DNA of 60,162 nucleotides from Acidimicrobiaceae bacterium (GCA_002729125.1 PBTQ01000011.1:1-60162), one strand, 5' to 3'. Positions 17,828 through 26,150 are shown, counted from the stretch's first letter. A program made the numbers and translations. Notes: generated from the sequence alone by a model not told the origin.

Positions 17828-19120
17828 TCAGTAGCTGAACGGCCAGCGCTTCCAGTAGTTGCGGATCTTGACCCAAATGCCGTACATGCCGAGCGGTTCG
17901 AAGATCAAGAACACGATGATCAAGACACCGAAGAGGACGATGTTCCAGTCGAACACGGAAAGTGTCCAGCCGGGAGTCACCGTCGAGGTGTTGATGAAGC
18001 CGAGGTCGTCGCCTTCGGTGAGGATGGTGTCGCCGACAACACCGGTGACACCGGACTCCTGGTCCGACAGCCACTTGGTGGCCTCCTCCACGAACTTCGG
18101 CATCATGTACACCAGGAAGGCACCCACGATGGCGCCTGACGTGGTGCCGGCGCCGCCGATCAAGAGGATGGCGATGAACTCCACGGACAAGAACAGACCG
18201 AAGTCGGTGGCCAGGGTCTGACCGGAGAGGCCGACGAACAGCGCACCCGCCACGCCGGCGAAGAAGGAGCTGATGGCAAAGGCCTGAACCTTGTAGCGGA
18301 ATTCTGCGATACCCATGACCTCAGCGGCGATGTCGCGATCGCGGATCGCCTGCCAGGCCCGGCCGGTGCGGGTGCGGATGAGGTTCTTGGCGAGGAGGGT
18401 GAAGCCGATCGCGAGGACGAGGTACAGCAGGTAGCGCTTGCCCTCTTCGGCGATGTCAAACCACAGCCAGCGGCCGTCGTCGGACATGTTGATGAGCGGG
18501 TCCTCTTCTTTCCAGAGGCGGATGTCTAGCTCCGGGGCCTTGCGTCCAAGGGCCGGTGGACCGGCGATCTTGGCTCCCCAGGTGGTGTTGCCGAGGTGGA
18601 TGCCGAGGAAGACGAGGCCGAGTGTCACGATCGCGAGATAGAGACCTCGGAGTTTCACCGCTACCGGTGAGACGAGGATGCCGATGAGGGCAGCGGCGAC
18701 GCCAGCACCGGGCAGCCACACCCAGATCGGGAGGCTGTGACCCCAGGTGGTGCTGCCCGAGGCGCTGCCAAGGTAGGTGGCGGTGCACGCACCAACCCCC
18801 ATGAAGAAGGCGTGGCCGAGTGAGACCTGGCCGGCCACACCGCTGAGCAGGTTGAGGCCGTGGGCGGCGATGATCAGCATCAGCACCTTTGTGGTGGCAC
18901 GGATCCACTCGCCGTCGCCGAGGAAGCGGAACAGCGGGAGACCGTCGCCGATCAGCGGCAGCCAGCTGAGTCCGGGGATGTCATCGTTGAAAACGGGGAT
19001 CGAGAACGGCAGCAGGAAGAGCTGGACGATGAAGAAGGCCATGAGCGCCTTCTGCGTCCAGGTTGGCAAGATCTGGGTCTCGGATTCGTAGGAGGTATAG
19101 AGGTTGGGTCGCTTGTACAT
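17828..19120 (-). CDS. livM: Branched-chain-amino-acid-type ABC transporter permease (LivM-like)
   Basis: 430-aa polytopic membrane ORF in the canonical position between the livH-like and binding-protein genes. Confidence 0.88.
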   Translation of the reverse strand: MYKRPNLYTSYESETQILPTWTQKALMAFFIVQLFLLPFSIPVFNDDIPGLSWLPLIGDGLPLFRFLGDGEWIRATTKVLMLIIAAHGLNLLSGVAGQVSLGHAFFMGVGACTATYLGSASGSTTWGHSLPIWVWLPGAGVAAALIGILVSPVAVKLRGLYLAIVTLGLVFLGIHLGNTTWGAKIAGPPALGRKAPELDIRLWKEEDPLINMSDDGRWLWFDIAEEGKRYLLYLVLAIGFTLLAKNLIRTRTGRAWQAIRDRDIAAEVMGIAEFRYKVQAFAISSFFAGVAGALFVGLSGQTLATDFGLFLSVEFIAILLIGGAGTTSGAIVGAFLVYMMPKFVEEATKWLSDQESGVTGVVGDTILTEGDDLGFINTSTVTPGWTLSVFDWNIVLFGVLIIVFLIFEPLGMYGIWVKIRNYWKRWPFSY

Positions 19121-19135
19121 GAGATCAGTCTCCCC

Positions 19136-20200
19136 TCAGACCCGGCGGATCTCGGGTGTGCCGAACAGGCCGTAGGGCCGGACGAGCAGGCCGATCATCA
19201 TGACGACGTAGGGGACGATGACGGGATAGCCAGCGCCGAGGATGTCGATCTCGCCAGCAGCGTATTGACCGGCGAAGATCTCGGCGGCGCCGACGATCAG
19301 ACCGCCCAGCAGGGCACCGGTTGCAGAGTCAAGACCGCCGAGGATCACGGCCGGCAACGCCCGGAAAGCGATGTTGGCCGTCTCATTGTCGACCGCCAGC
19401 GACTGTTTCACCGGCGGCTGGGTGGCGAACACACCGCCGATCATGGCGAGCACTGCACCGGCGGCCCAGGCAATGGCGAACACTCGGCCCACATTGATGC
19501 CCTGGGCCATGGCGGCTTCCTGGTCGAAGGCCACAGCCCGCATCGCGATACCGAGGCGGCTTCGGTAGAAGATGAAGACCGCCACGAAGGCGATCGCCGC
19601 AGTGACCATCGCAGCGATGATCGAGTAATTGATGGTCTCCTTGCCGACCTGGAATCCGTCGATGCCCCAGGGAACTTTGACGTTGCGGAACTCGACCTTC
19701 ACCGTGTCGTTGTTGAACACGCGTAGTGCAATTTCGAGCCCGAGTGTGATCACCGCCACTGAGAACAGCGGCTGACCGACCATCGGACGGATCGTCAGGC
19801 GCTCGATCACCAAGCCGAGAATGGCGGCGAAGACCATGGCGAGAACGAGGCTCACGCCCCAGTGGAACCAGTCCGGGCCAGGAAGGCTGTTGATTGGGTT
19901 GTCGATCGTGGTGAACGGGATGTGGTCGTCGGCCACGGCGAAGGACAAGAACAACGCGCCCGACACCGCGAGGGCGCCTTGGGCGAAGTTGATGGTCTGC
20001 GTGGCCTTGAAGATGAGCACGAAGCCGAGCGCCACGATGGCGTAGGTCGAGCCCATCCCGAGTGATCGCATCCATGTCGCGAAGAAGATCTCCGGATCGT
20101 TGAAGAGCTGCATGATCAAGAAGATCGTGATCGGGACCATGATCCCGAACAAGAACATCAAGGCAGGCTCCTTTCGGAGCTTCAACAGGAAGTTGTTCAC
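19136..20200 (-). CDS. livH: Branched-chain-amino-acid-type ABC transporter permease (LivH-like)
   Basis: 354-aa polytopic membrane ORF with LivH-type segments (INFAQGA..., LPAVILGGLDS). It overlaps the upstream ligase stop by 4 nt. Confidence 0.88.
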   Translation of the reverse strand: MNNFLLKLRKEPALMFLFGIMVPITIFLIMQLFNDPEIFFATWMRSLGMGSTYAIVALGFVLIFKATQTINFAQGALAVSGALFLSFAVADDHIPFTTIDNPINSLPGPDWFHWGVSLVLAMVFAAILGLVIERLTIRPMVGQPLFSVAVITLGLEIALRVFNNDTVKVEFRNVKVPWGIDGFQVGKETINYSIIAAMVTAAIAFVAVFIFYRSRLGIAMRAVAFDQEAAMAQGINVGRVFAIAWAAGAVLAMIGGVFATQPPVKQSLAVDNETANIAFRALPAVILGGLDSATGALLGGLIVGAAEIFAGQYAAGEIDILGAGYPVIVPYVVMMIGLLVRPYGLFGTPEIRRV

Positions 20201-22065
20201 GCGTACATGTCCTCGATCAGGACACCGAACATCTCGTCCATTGCACTCCGCTTGAGCTTCTGCGTGGCGGTAAGTTCGCCGTCCTCGTGGTCGAGTTCCT
20301 TCGGAATCATGCGGAACTTCCGCACGTTCTCAACGCGGGCGAACTTCTCGTTGGTCTCGTTGATGACACCTTGGATCAGCTCGATAACTTCCGGCTTCTC
20401 AGTGAGATCGCGGTAGGTCGTGTAAGGGATGTTGTTGCGCAACGCCCAGTCACCGACGGTCTCTAACTCGATACCGATCAGGGCCGAGAGGAACTTGCGG
20501 CCATCGCCGATCACCATCGCTTCCTTGACGAACATCGACGTCTTCAACGAATTCTCGATCTCCGACGGCGAGATGTTCTTGCCGCCCGAGGTGATGATGA
20601 TGTGCTTGATGCGGTCGATGATCTTGACGTGAGTGCCATCAACCCACTCACCGACATCGCCGGTCATAAGCCAGCCGTCCTCGGTTAACGATTCCGCAGT
20701 CTTGTCGGGCTTGTTCCAGTAGCCGACGAACACCCCGGGGTGCTTGGTCTGGATCTCGCCAGTCTCGGGGTCGAGACGCAGCCCGATTTCGGCATAGGGC
20801 TCGCCGACGGTGCCGAGCTTGAGGCGGCCGGCGAAGTTGCAGGTAGCGACGGCGGAGTTCTCGGTCATGCCGTAGAGCTCGAAGACGGGCACACCGATGC
20901 CCATGAAGAACTCGAGAACCTCGGGGGCGATGGCCGCCGCACCGGACGCGGAGTAGCGGCAGCGGCGAAGGCCGATGCGCTCCTTGACCGCCCGGAAGAC
21001 CAGCGGCTCTCCGATCCACGACAACACCCGGCTCTTGACAGTATGGTCCCCGCCGTTGCCGACCTTCTCCTTGCCGATCGTGCGAGCCAGGCGGATCCCG
21101 AAATCGAAGAGTGCCTTCTTGAAACGTGTGGCGTCGTTGCCGCGGATGTAGACGCCAGCGTGCAGGCGCTCCCAGATGCGCGGCACTGCGAAGAACACGG
21201 TCGGCTGGATTTCGCGAAGGTTCAACGTCACCGTGTCGATCGATTCGGCGAAATTGAGCGACGGACCGGCCGCACACATGGTCCAAGTCGAGAAGATCCG
21301 CTCGGCGACGTGGCATAGCGGGAGGTAGGTGAGAATGAGGTCGTCGGGACCCGGGCTCTTGCCGTCAGGCACGCGATCGGTTTCGTTGATGATCTTCTCC
21401 ATCGCAAACGCGGCGTTTGCGTTGGAGAGCATGGCGCCCTTTGGCGGACCGGTGGTGCCCGAGGTGTAGACGAGCGTCATGATGTCGTCTGGCGTGGCTT
21501 CTGACATCAGCTTCTCGACAGCACCGGGGTTGACCTCGCGATGCTGACGCCCAAGCTCGAGGAAGTCGTCCCAGAACATGAGGCGTCCGTCGGTGTAGTC
21601 ACCGAAACCACGTGGCTCGGAGTAGAGAATGCGCTGTATCGCGCTGCCGGCCTGGGGGTCGATCTCGAGAACCTTGTCGGCCTGCTCCTGGTCCTCGGCG
21701 AAGTAGACCTTCGGTGTGCAGTCGCCGACCAGGTACTCAACCTCGGCGGACGGATTGGTCGGGTACAGCCCGACCGTTATGCCTCGCACGGCGACCGTGG
21801 CGAGATCGAGGATGATCCACTCGGGGTTGTCCTCGGAGTGGATGGCGACCCGATCCCCCACCTCGAGGCCGGAGGCGAGCAAGCCGTGGGCCGCAATCTC
21901 GATCAGGTCCCACGTCTGTGCCCAGTTGTACTCCTGCCAGATGCCGAAGTCCTTCTCGCGCATCGCGACCTTGCCTGGCGTGTTGAGCGCCCAGTTCCGT
22001 GCGAGTGACGCGACGGTCTTCGTTCCCGTCGTCGTCAAGGACAAGCCCTCGATCGTTGCAGCCAT
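20197..22065 (-). CDS. AMP-dependent acyl-CoA synthetase (long-chain-fatty-acid-CoA-ligase-like, ABC-transporter-associated)
   Basis: AMP-binding motif YTSGTTGPPKGAML and a C-terminal GWLMTGD...IIITSGGKNISP pattern. Start trimmed to ATG 22065, preceded by GGGGGAAG; the ORF track start is TTG 22101. Confidence 0.9.
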   Translation of the reverse strand: MAATIEGLSLTTTGTKTVASLARNWALNTPGKVAMREKDFGIWQEYNWAQTWDLIEIAAHGLLASGLEVGDRVAIHSEDNPEWIILDLATVAVRGITVGLYPTNPSAEVEYLVGDCTPKVYFAEDQEQADKVLEIDPQAGSAIQRILYSEPRGFGDYTDGRLMFWDDFLELGRQHREVNPGAVEKLMSEATPDDIMTLVYTSGTTGPPKGAMLSNANAAFAMEKIINETDRVPDGKSPGPDDLILTYLPLCHVAERIFSTWTMCAAGPSLNFAESIDTVTLNLREIQPTVFFAVPRIWERLHAGVYIRGNDATRFKKALFDFGIRLARTIGKEKVGNGGDHTVKSRVLSWIGEPLVFRAVKERIGLRRCRYSASGAAAIAPEVLEFFMGIGVPVFELYGMTENSAVATCNFAGRLKLGTVGEPYAEIGLRLDPETGEIQTKHPGVFVGYWNKPDKTAESLTEDGWLMTGDVGEWVDGTHVKIIDRIKHIIITSGGKNISPSEIENSLKTSMFVKEAMVIGDGRKFLSALIGIELETVGDWALRNNIPYTTYRDLTEKPEVIELIQGVINETNEKFARVENVRKFRMIPKELDHEDGELTATQKLKRSAMDEMFGVLIEDMYA

Positions 22066-22121
22066 GCGTGCTTCCCCCCGGTCGACGTAGGCGTGGCGCA
22101 ATCTAGGTGTTGCGGTCGTCG

Positions 22122-22141
22122 ATGGTCAAGACTTTGATCAG
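22122..22141. promoter_or_regulatory. Candidate operator: ATGGTCAAGACTTTGATCAG upstream of the acyl-CoA synthetase/ABC operon
   Basis: 17/20 identical to the palindrome at 14500-14519. It lies 56 nt upstream of ATG 22065. Confidence 0.4.
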
Positions 22142-22281
22142 TTAAGCCTTTGGCTAATTCCAGGCGATTTCTTCCTACAAAACGGGTGCAGGGTGGCCCG
22201 TCCGGAGGAGTGGGCAACCTCACCCAGTTATTGCGGCCGTTCGAGAGCCGCGACCCGCTGGAGCTGCCGACGGTGACCGGG

Positions 22282-23012
22282 TTATTCATTCATCGCGTAA
22301 GGCACGATCGTGCGGTTGTCCCAGAGCACTACCTGGCCGGTTTGCCAACGGACCCGGACCCGGAACTCGGCCCGGGTCTAATGGGCGTAGAGAAACGAAA
22401 GGAGGGCATCGCTCTCTTCGCGTGTGGGCTCTTCGATCCGGGTAACGAACGCCGGATTGACGTACAGCGCCCGACGACCACTGCGTGGGTGGATCTGCGC
22501 GACCGGGTGCGTCGCTGCTGTCGACGGACCCTCCTCTGTTCCTGGTAGACGTGCGTAGCGGTGAGTTCGGAAACCCACGCCTGGAGACGCAGTGACAGCC
22601 GGTCGAAGGCAAGCGCCGTATTCGCAAACCGCGTGTCACTCCCAATCGGCGACAACTCGCATGCATGCAGGATCGACAGGGCAGCAGGGGGCGAGGTGAA
22701 GGAGATGTCGCAGCACCAGAACTTGCCGCCGAAGGTCTCCGTGTCGTCGGGCTCCTTGATCACCTGAAGGATCGCAGGGTGTTCGGGGATGGCGTCGATG
22801 AACGGGTGCACGTAAGGGTCCCCGAACGACTCGCCGACACGAACGTAGTCGGCTACCGAGAACTCGCCTTGTCCAGACACCGCGAGGACGTGGTGCTCGT
22901 CGACCAGGTCCTGCAGCGCGCCGAGTTTGGCATCGTCGGTCTCGGCCAAGAGGACGCCGTCGATACGGGCGCCGAGCGGCGCAGCGAGCGGCGTGACGGT
23001 CCAGTCGTTCAC
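22282..23012 (-). pseudogene. TauD/TfdA-family dioxygenase-like pseudogene (one frameshift plus one in-frame TAG)
   Basis: ORF 22329..23012 gives the N-terminal half (...GGKFWCCDISF...SDTRFANT...LTATHVYQE). ORF 22378..22578, in another frame, gives ...THPVAQIHPRSGRRALYVNPAFVTRIE...LSFLYAH. After TAG 22378-22380 the same frame continues TRAEFRVRVRWQTGQVVLWDNRTIVPYAMNE to TAA 22282-22284. The frame switch is near 22530-22545. Confidence 0.7.
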
Positions 23013-23355
23013 GCCCTGTCCTTAGCCCGGCGCTTCGTTGCGGCGCAGGCGATCTTGAAGCAGGTAAAGCCGGCGATGGTTGCGGTCACGGCGTCAGTGC
23101 ACCCGGCCCTGACACATCATGCAAGGCTCAGAACACATTGCGACCTCCACGGAGGCGCGCATCGAGACGCTATGCCGGGAATGGTCGTCCGTTCTCGCAG
23201 CGCGTGCCGCACGATCAGCCAGACTCTGCAGCGATGCGCATCACCGACGACATAAGCACGGTCCTCGACTTAGCTGATTCGGAGAAGCAACAGTCCGTCG
23301 GCAGTTCCGGTCGCCGCAGTGGGCGCAGTCCACGCTGTGCTGCCACTGTAATCCA

Positions 23356-24552
23356 GTGGTAACACTTCCCCTCCCCTTCCCCACGCGCGACGCAGTCGAG
23401 AGCTGGGTTGACGACCATCTCGGCCACCTCTTCGATGGTCCGACGATCGGCTCTCCTGCCTTTCGAGGTGGCCAACGGTCCGCCGATGCGGCCCTCGCTG
23501 CGTTCGATGTTCGCAGGTACGCCGCGACCCGCAACGAGGTCGCCCCGATCGAGCGCCGCGGCGCTTCCCGTCTCTCGCCCTACATCCGCCATGGGTTGCT
23601 GCCGCTGCCCGAGGTCTGGAGGGCCGTCGCCGGCGGACCCAACCGCGATGTGGAGAAGTTTCGCGACGAGTTGCTGTGGCAGGAGTACAGCCGCCACTGG
23701 TACGCCCGCCTGGGCCGAGCCACCGCCGATCCGGTCCGCAACGCCCCAACCGACGTCCGGCCTGGCGACGGGTGGGATCGCATGCTGCCATGCTTAAATG
23801 CCGTGGTCGGTGAGCTCGAGCAGGACGGCTGGCTCGTCAACCAGACGCGCATGTGGCTGGCAGGCGACTGGACCGTGCGCCACGGTCAGGACTGGCGTCG
23901 AGGCGAAGATCGTTTCTTTCGCCATCTGCTCGACGGCTCCCGAGCTGCAAACCGACTCGGCTGGCAGTGGACCACCGGCGTTGGCTCGAACAAGCCCTAT
24001 GGCTTCAGCCGCTGGCAGGTCGAGAAGCGGGCGCCGGGGCTCTGTCATCGGTGTCCGCACCGTGATGCCTGCCCGATCGACGACTGGCCCGACGAGCCGT
24101 CGTTCGACTCGGTCGACTGGCCTGCAGAAGTCGACCTCACCGGCCCGGACGAGATCGTCACCCACGCAGCGCCCGACACCGTTTGGCTAACCGCAGAGTC
24201 GCTGGGCACGGCCGACCCTGCCCTCTCGCTCAACCCGGGCCTGCCGGTGGCTTTCGTCTTCGACGAGCCCCTGCTCGCCCGGCTGCGCCTCGACAGCAAG
24301 CGACTGGTGTTTCTCACCGAGACGCTCGCTGAACTCGCCGAGGATCACGATCTGGAGCTTCGACTCGGCGACCCGGTCGAGGAACTCGCCGGGTGCAGCC
24401 TTGCCGTCACTCATGCCCCCGTGCCCGGCTTTGCTGATCGAGCATCGGCGATCCGCCCCGTTGAAGTTCACCCCTGGCCGTGGCTTCGACAGCCTCGGAC
24501 GGGTTCGGTGCGGTCCTTCAGCGCATGGCGCAAGAAGGCCGATCGGCGATGA
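23356..24552 (+). CDS. Photolyase/cryptochrome-family protein with reversed domain order (FAD-binding helical domain first, alpha/beta domain last)
   Basis: The N-terminal region carries SRLSPYIRHGLL, ELLWQEYSRHW, DGWLVNQTRMWLAGDW, LLDGSRAANRLGWQWTTG and Cys motif LPCLN...GLCHRCPHRDACP. The C-terminal ~125 aa read VWLTAESLGTADPAL...PVAFVFDEPLL...RLVFLTETLAEL...VRSFSAWRKKA, like a photolyase N-terminal domain. GTG start. Confidence 0.75.
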   Translation: MVTLPLPFPTRDAVESWVDDHLGHLFDGPTIGSPAFRGGQRSADAALAAFDVRRYAATRNEVAPIERRGASRLSPYIRHGLLPLPEVWRAVAGGPNRDVEKFRDELLWQEYSRHWYARLGRATADPVRNAPTDVRPGDGWDRMLPCLNAVVGELEQDGWLVNQTRMWLAGDWTVRHGQDWRRGEDRFFRHLLDGSRAANRLGWQWTTGVGSNKPYGFSRWQVEKRAPGLCHRCPHRDACPIDDWPDEPSFDSVDWPAEVDLTGPDEIVTHAAPDTVWLTAESLGTADPALSLNPGLPVAFVFDEPLLARLRLDSKRLVFLTETLAELAEDHDLELRLGDPVEELAGCSLAVTHAPVPGFADRASAIRPVEVHPWPWLRQPRTGSVRSFSAWRKKADRR

Positions 24553-24923
24553 GCGTAGGTCCCGGCGACGTCAAGATCTGCGCCTCCTGCGGACGAGCGA
24601 TGGCCTGGCGCAAGGCGTGGGCGAAGAACTGGGACGACGTCCGCTACTGCTCGAACGCCTGCCGTAGTCGCAAGTTGAAAGCGGTCGACCACGACCTCGA
24701 AGCCGCCATCCTTCGCCTGCTCTCTCAGCGGTCGGGCGGGGCCACGATCTGTCCGAACGAAGCGGCCAAGGTCGTCGAACCCGACGACTGGCGAGCGCTG
24801 ATGGAACCCGCCCGGTCTGCAGCCCGGCGACTCGTGGCCTCAGGCGACGTCGTGATCACGCAACAGGGGGCGATCGTCGACCCATCGTTCGCCAAGGGTC
24901 CGATCAGGGTCCGGCGAGCATGA
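24549..24923 (+). CDS. DUF2256 zinc-ribbon fused to a DUF3253 domain protein
   Basis: KICASCGRAMAWRKAWAKNWDDVRYCSNACRSRK is the DUF2256 pattern. ATICPNEAAKVV...WRALMEPARSAARRLVASGDVVITQQGAIVDPSFAKGPIRVR is the DUF3253 pattern. ATG 24549 overlaps the upstream stop (ATGA). Confidence 0.72.
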   Translation: MSVGPGDVKICASCGRAMAWRKAWAKNWDDVRYCSNACRSRKLKAVDHDLEAAILRLLSQRSGGATICPNEAAKVVEPDDWRALMEPARSAARRLVASGDVVITQQGAIVDPSFAKGPIRVRRA

Positions 24924-25138
24924 GCGACACCGACCTCGGACTCGACGGCGAGACGCACCTCGACGACGACGCCAACAATCGGGTGCACCACCACGCACGG
25001 GTCGGGGACGAACACCCGCAGGGGTCCGATGGTTCGTTCACGACGCTGTGCGGACTCCGGATCACGCCGCGCCCCGACGCCGGAAAATTCCCGTGCTGTC
25101 CAATGTGTGCACATGTCATGGGCCGCCCCTGTCGGTGA
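24920..25138 (+). CDS. Small Cys-rich protein, DUF3039-like zinc ribbon
   Basis: 72-aa ORF with high third-position GC. The C-terminal part TLCGLRITPRPDAGKFPCCPMCAHV resembles the actinobacterial DUF3039 pattern (CGxxxxPxRDPxxFPxCPxC). ATG overlaps the upstream stop (ATGA). Confidence 0.55.
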   Translation: MSDTDLGLDGETHLDDDANNRVHHHARVGDEHPQGSDGSFTTLCGLRITPRPDAGKFPCCPMCAHVMGRPCR

Positions 25139-25322
25139 GCAGCCCGGCGACCGTGAACAGTGCGCACAAACCCGCATCGCAGAGCAGACGCCCGGGAGTC
25201 GGCTCCGCTCCGTCGCGACGGAACATGCGCTCCAGACCGTTCCGTGGGATGAGATCGGGCTTGTCGCTCACGGCCCGAACCGCACCGCCGCACCACCGAT
25301 GCCAGAGGAGCAGCGAGGCGAA

Positions 25323-26147
25323 CTAGCGCTCGACGAGGTCCGTGGTCTCGGGCTGGCAGACGGGGCACCACCAGACATTGCGCCCGTCGGCATTCGCCGT
25401 TTCGATCGGCTCGGCGCAACGACGACATGGCGCGCCGGTGCGCTTGTAGACGTAGAGCCGGTCACCGCGTTTGAGCTCGCGGGGCGATTCAACGCCCATC
25501 TCGTCGGGCAGAACGGTCACGATCTTACCCATCTTCTCGCCGTCCTTCAGTGCGACCACCGACCGGCGCCAGATGTCGTCGACCGCCCAACGCTCAAGGG
25601 ACTTGGCAACGGTCAACGGTTGGATCCCAGCGAGGAATAACAGCTCGGACCGATACACGTTGCCAATTCCGGCGACAACCTTCTGGTCGAGCAACGCAGC
25701 CCCGATCGAGATAGACCGGCGGCTGAGTCGGCGCTCGAGCTCGTCGGCTCCATCGGTGGGATCGAGGATCGGGTCCGGGCCGAGTCGAGCTCGGAGATCG
25801 TCCTCTTCCTCTGGGGTGATGAGCTCGCACGCAGTCGGGCCCGCGAGGTGCAGATGATCGGTTTCGGTCTCCATGACGAGCCGAGCGTTGGGCGACGGCT
25901 CCGGCGCCGGCAGCGACCGCATCCGGAACTTGCCGAACAATCCGAGATGCACGTGCAGGATGTCACCCTCGTCGAACCGATAGAAGAGGTGCTTTCCGAA
26001 CGCTTCAATGCCGGTAATGGTCTGGCCGTTCAGGGTCGAAGCGCCGTCGGCGAAGCGTCCCTGTGGCGATGACGTCCGGACCGGCTTGCCGCGGAAGCGC
26101 CGTCCCTGCAGCCGAGCGGCCCGATGAAGAACGTGTCCTTCCGGCAT
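25323..26147 (-). CDS. nei: Endonuclease VIII-like / formamidopyrimidine-DNA glycosylase family (Nei-type)
   Basis: N-terminal MPEGHVLHR (catalytic Pro2-Glu3), H2TH region, and a C-terminal zinc finger CRRCAEPIETANADGRNVWWCPVCQ. Confidence 0.9.
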   Translation of the reverse strand: MPEGHVLHRAARLQGRRFRGKPVRTSSPQGRFADGASTLNGQTITGIEAFGKHLFYRFDEGDILHVHLGLFGKFRMRSLPAPEPSPNARLVMETETDHLHLAGPTACELITPEEEDDLRARLGPDPILDPTDGADELERRLSRRSISIGAALLDQKVVAGIGNVYRSELLFLAGIQPLTVAKSLERWAVDDIWRRSVVALKDGEKMGKIVTVLPDEMGVESPRELKRGDRLYVYKRTGAPCRRCAEPIETANADGRNVWWCPVCQPETTDLVER

Positions 26148-26150
26148 GGA

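Noticed and set aside
22378-22380. In-frame TAG in the TauD-like gene as programmed recoding (for example pyrrolysine or read-through)
   Set aside because: The same gene also needs a frameshift about 160 nt upstream and has lost both iron-ligand histidines. No pyl genes or recoding signals were seen. Decay is the simpler explanation.
22150-22548. 132-aa plus-strand ORF
   Set aside because: It is antisense to the TauD-like pseudogene and reaches into its 3' flank. It has no motifs and poor composition.
23138-23362. 74-aa plus-strand ORF in the divergent intergenic region upstream of the photolyase-like gene
   Set aside because: It has an Arg/Ser-rich N-terminus, weak third-position GC bias and no ribosome-binding site or motif. 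It is treated as non-coding leader or promoter DNA.
24904-25428. 174-aa reverse ORF spanning the DUF3039-like gene and the nei 3' end
   Set aside because: It is Arg-rich and overlaps two better-supported genes on both strands.
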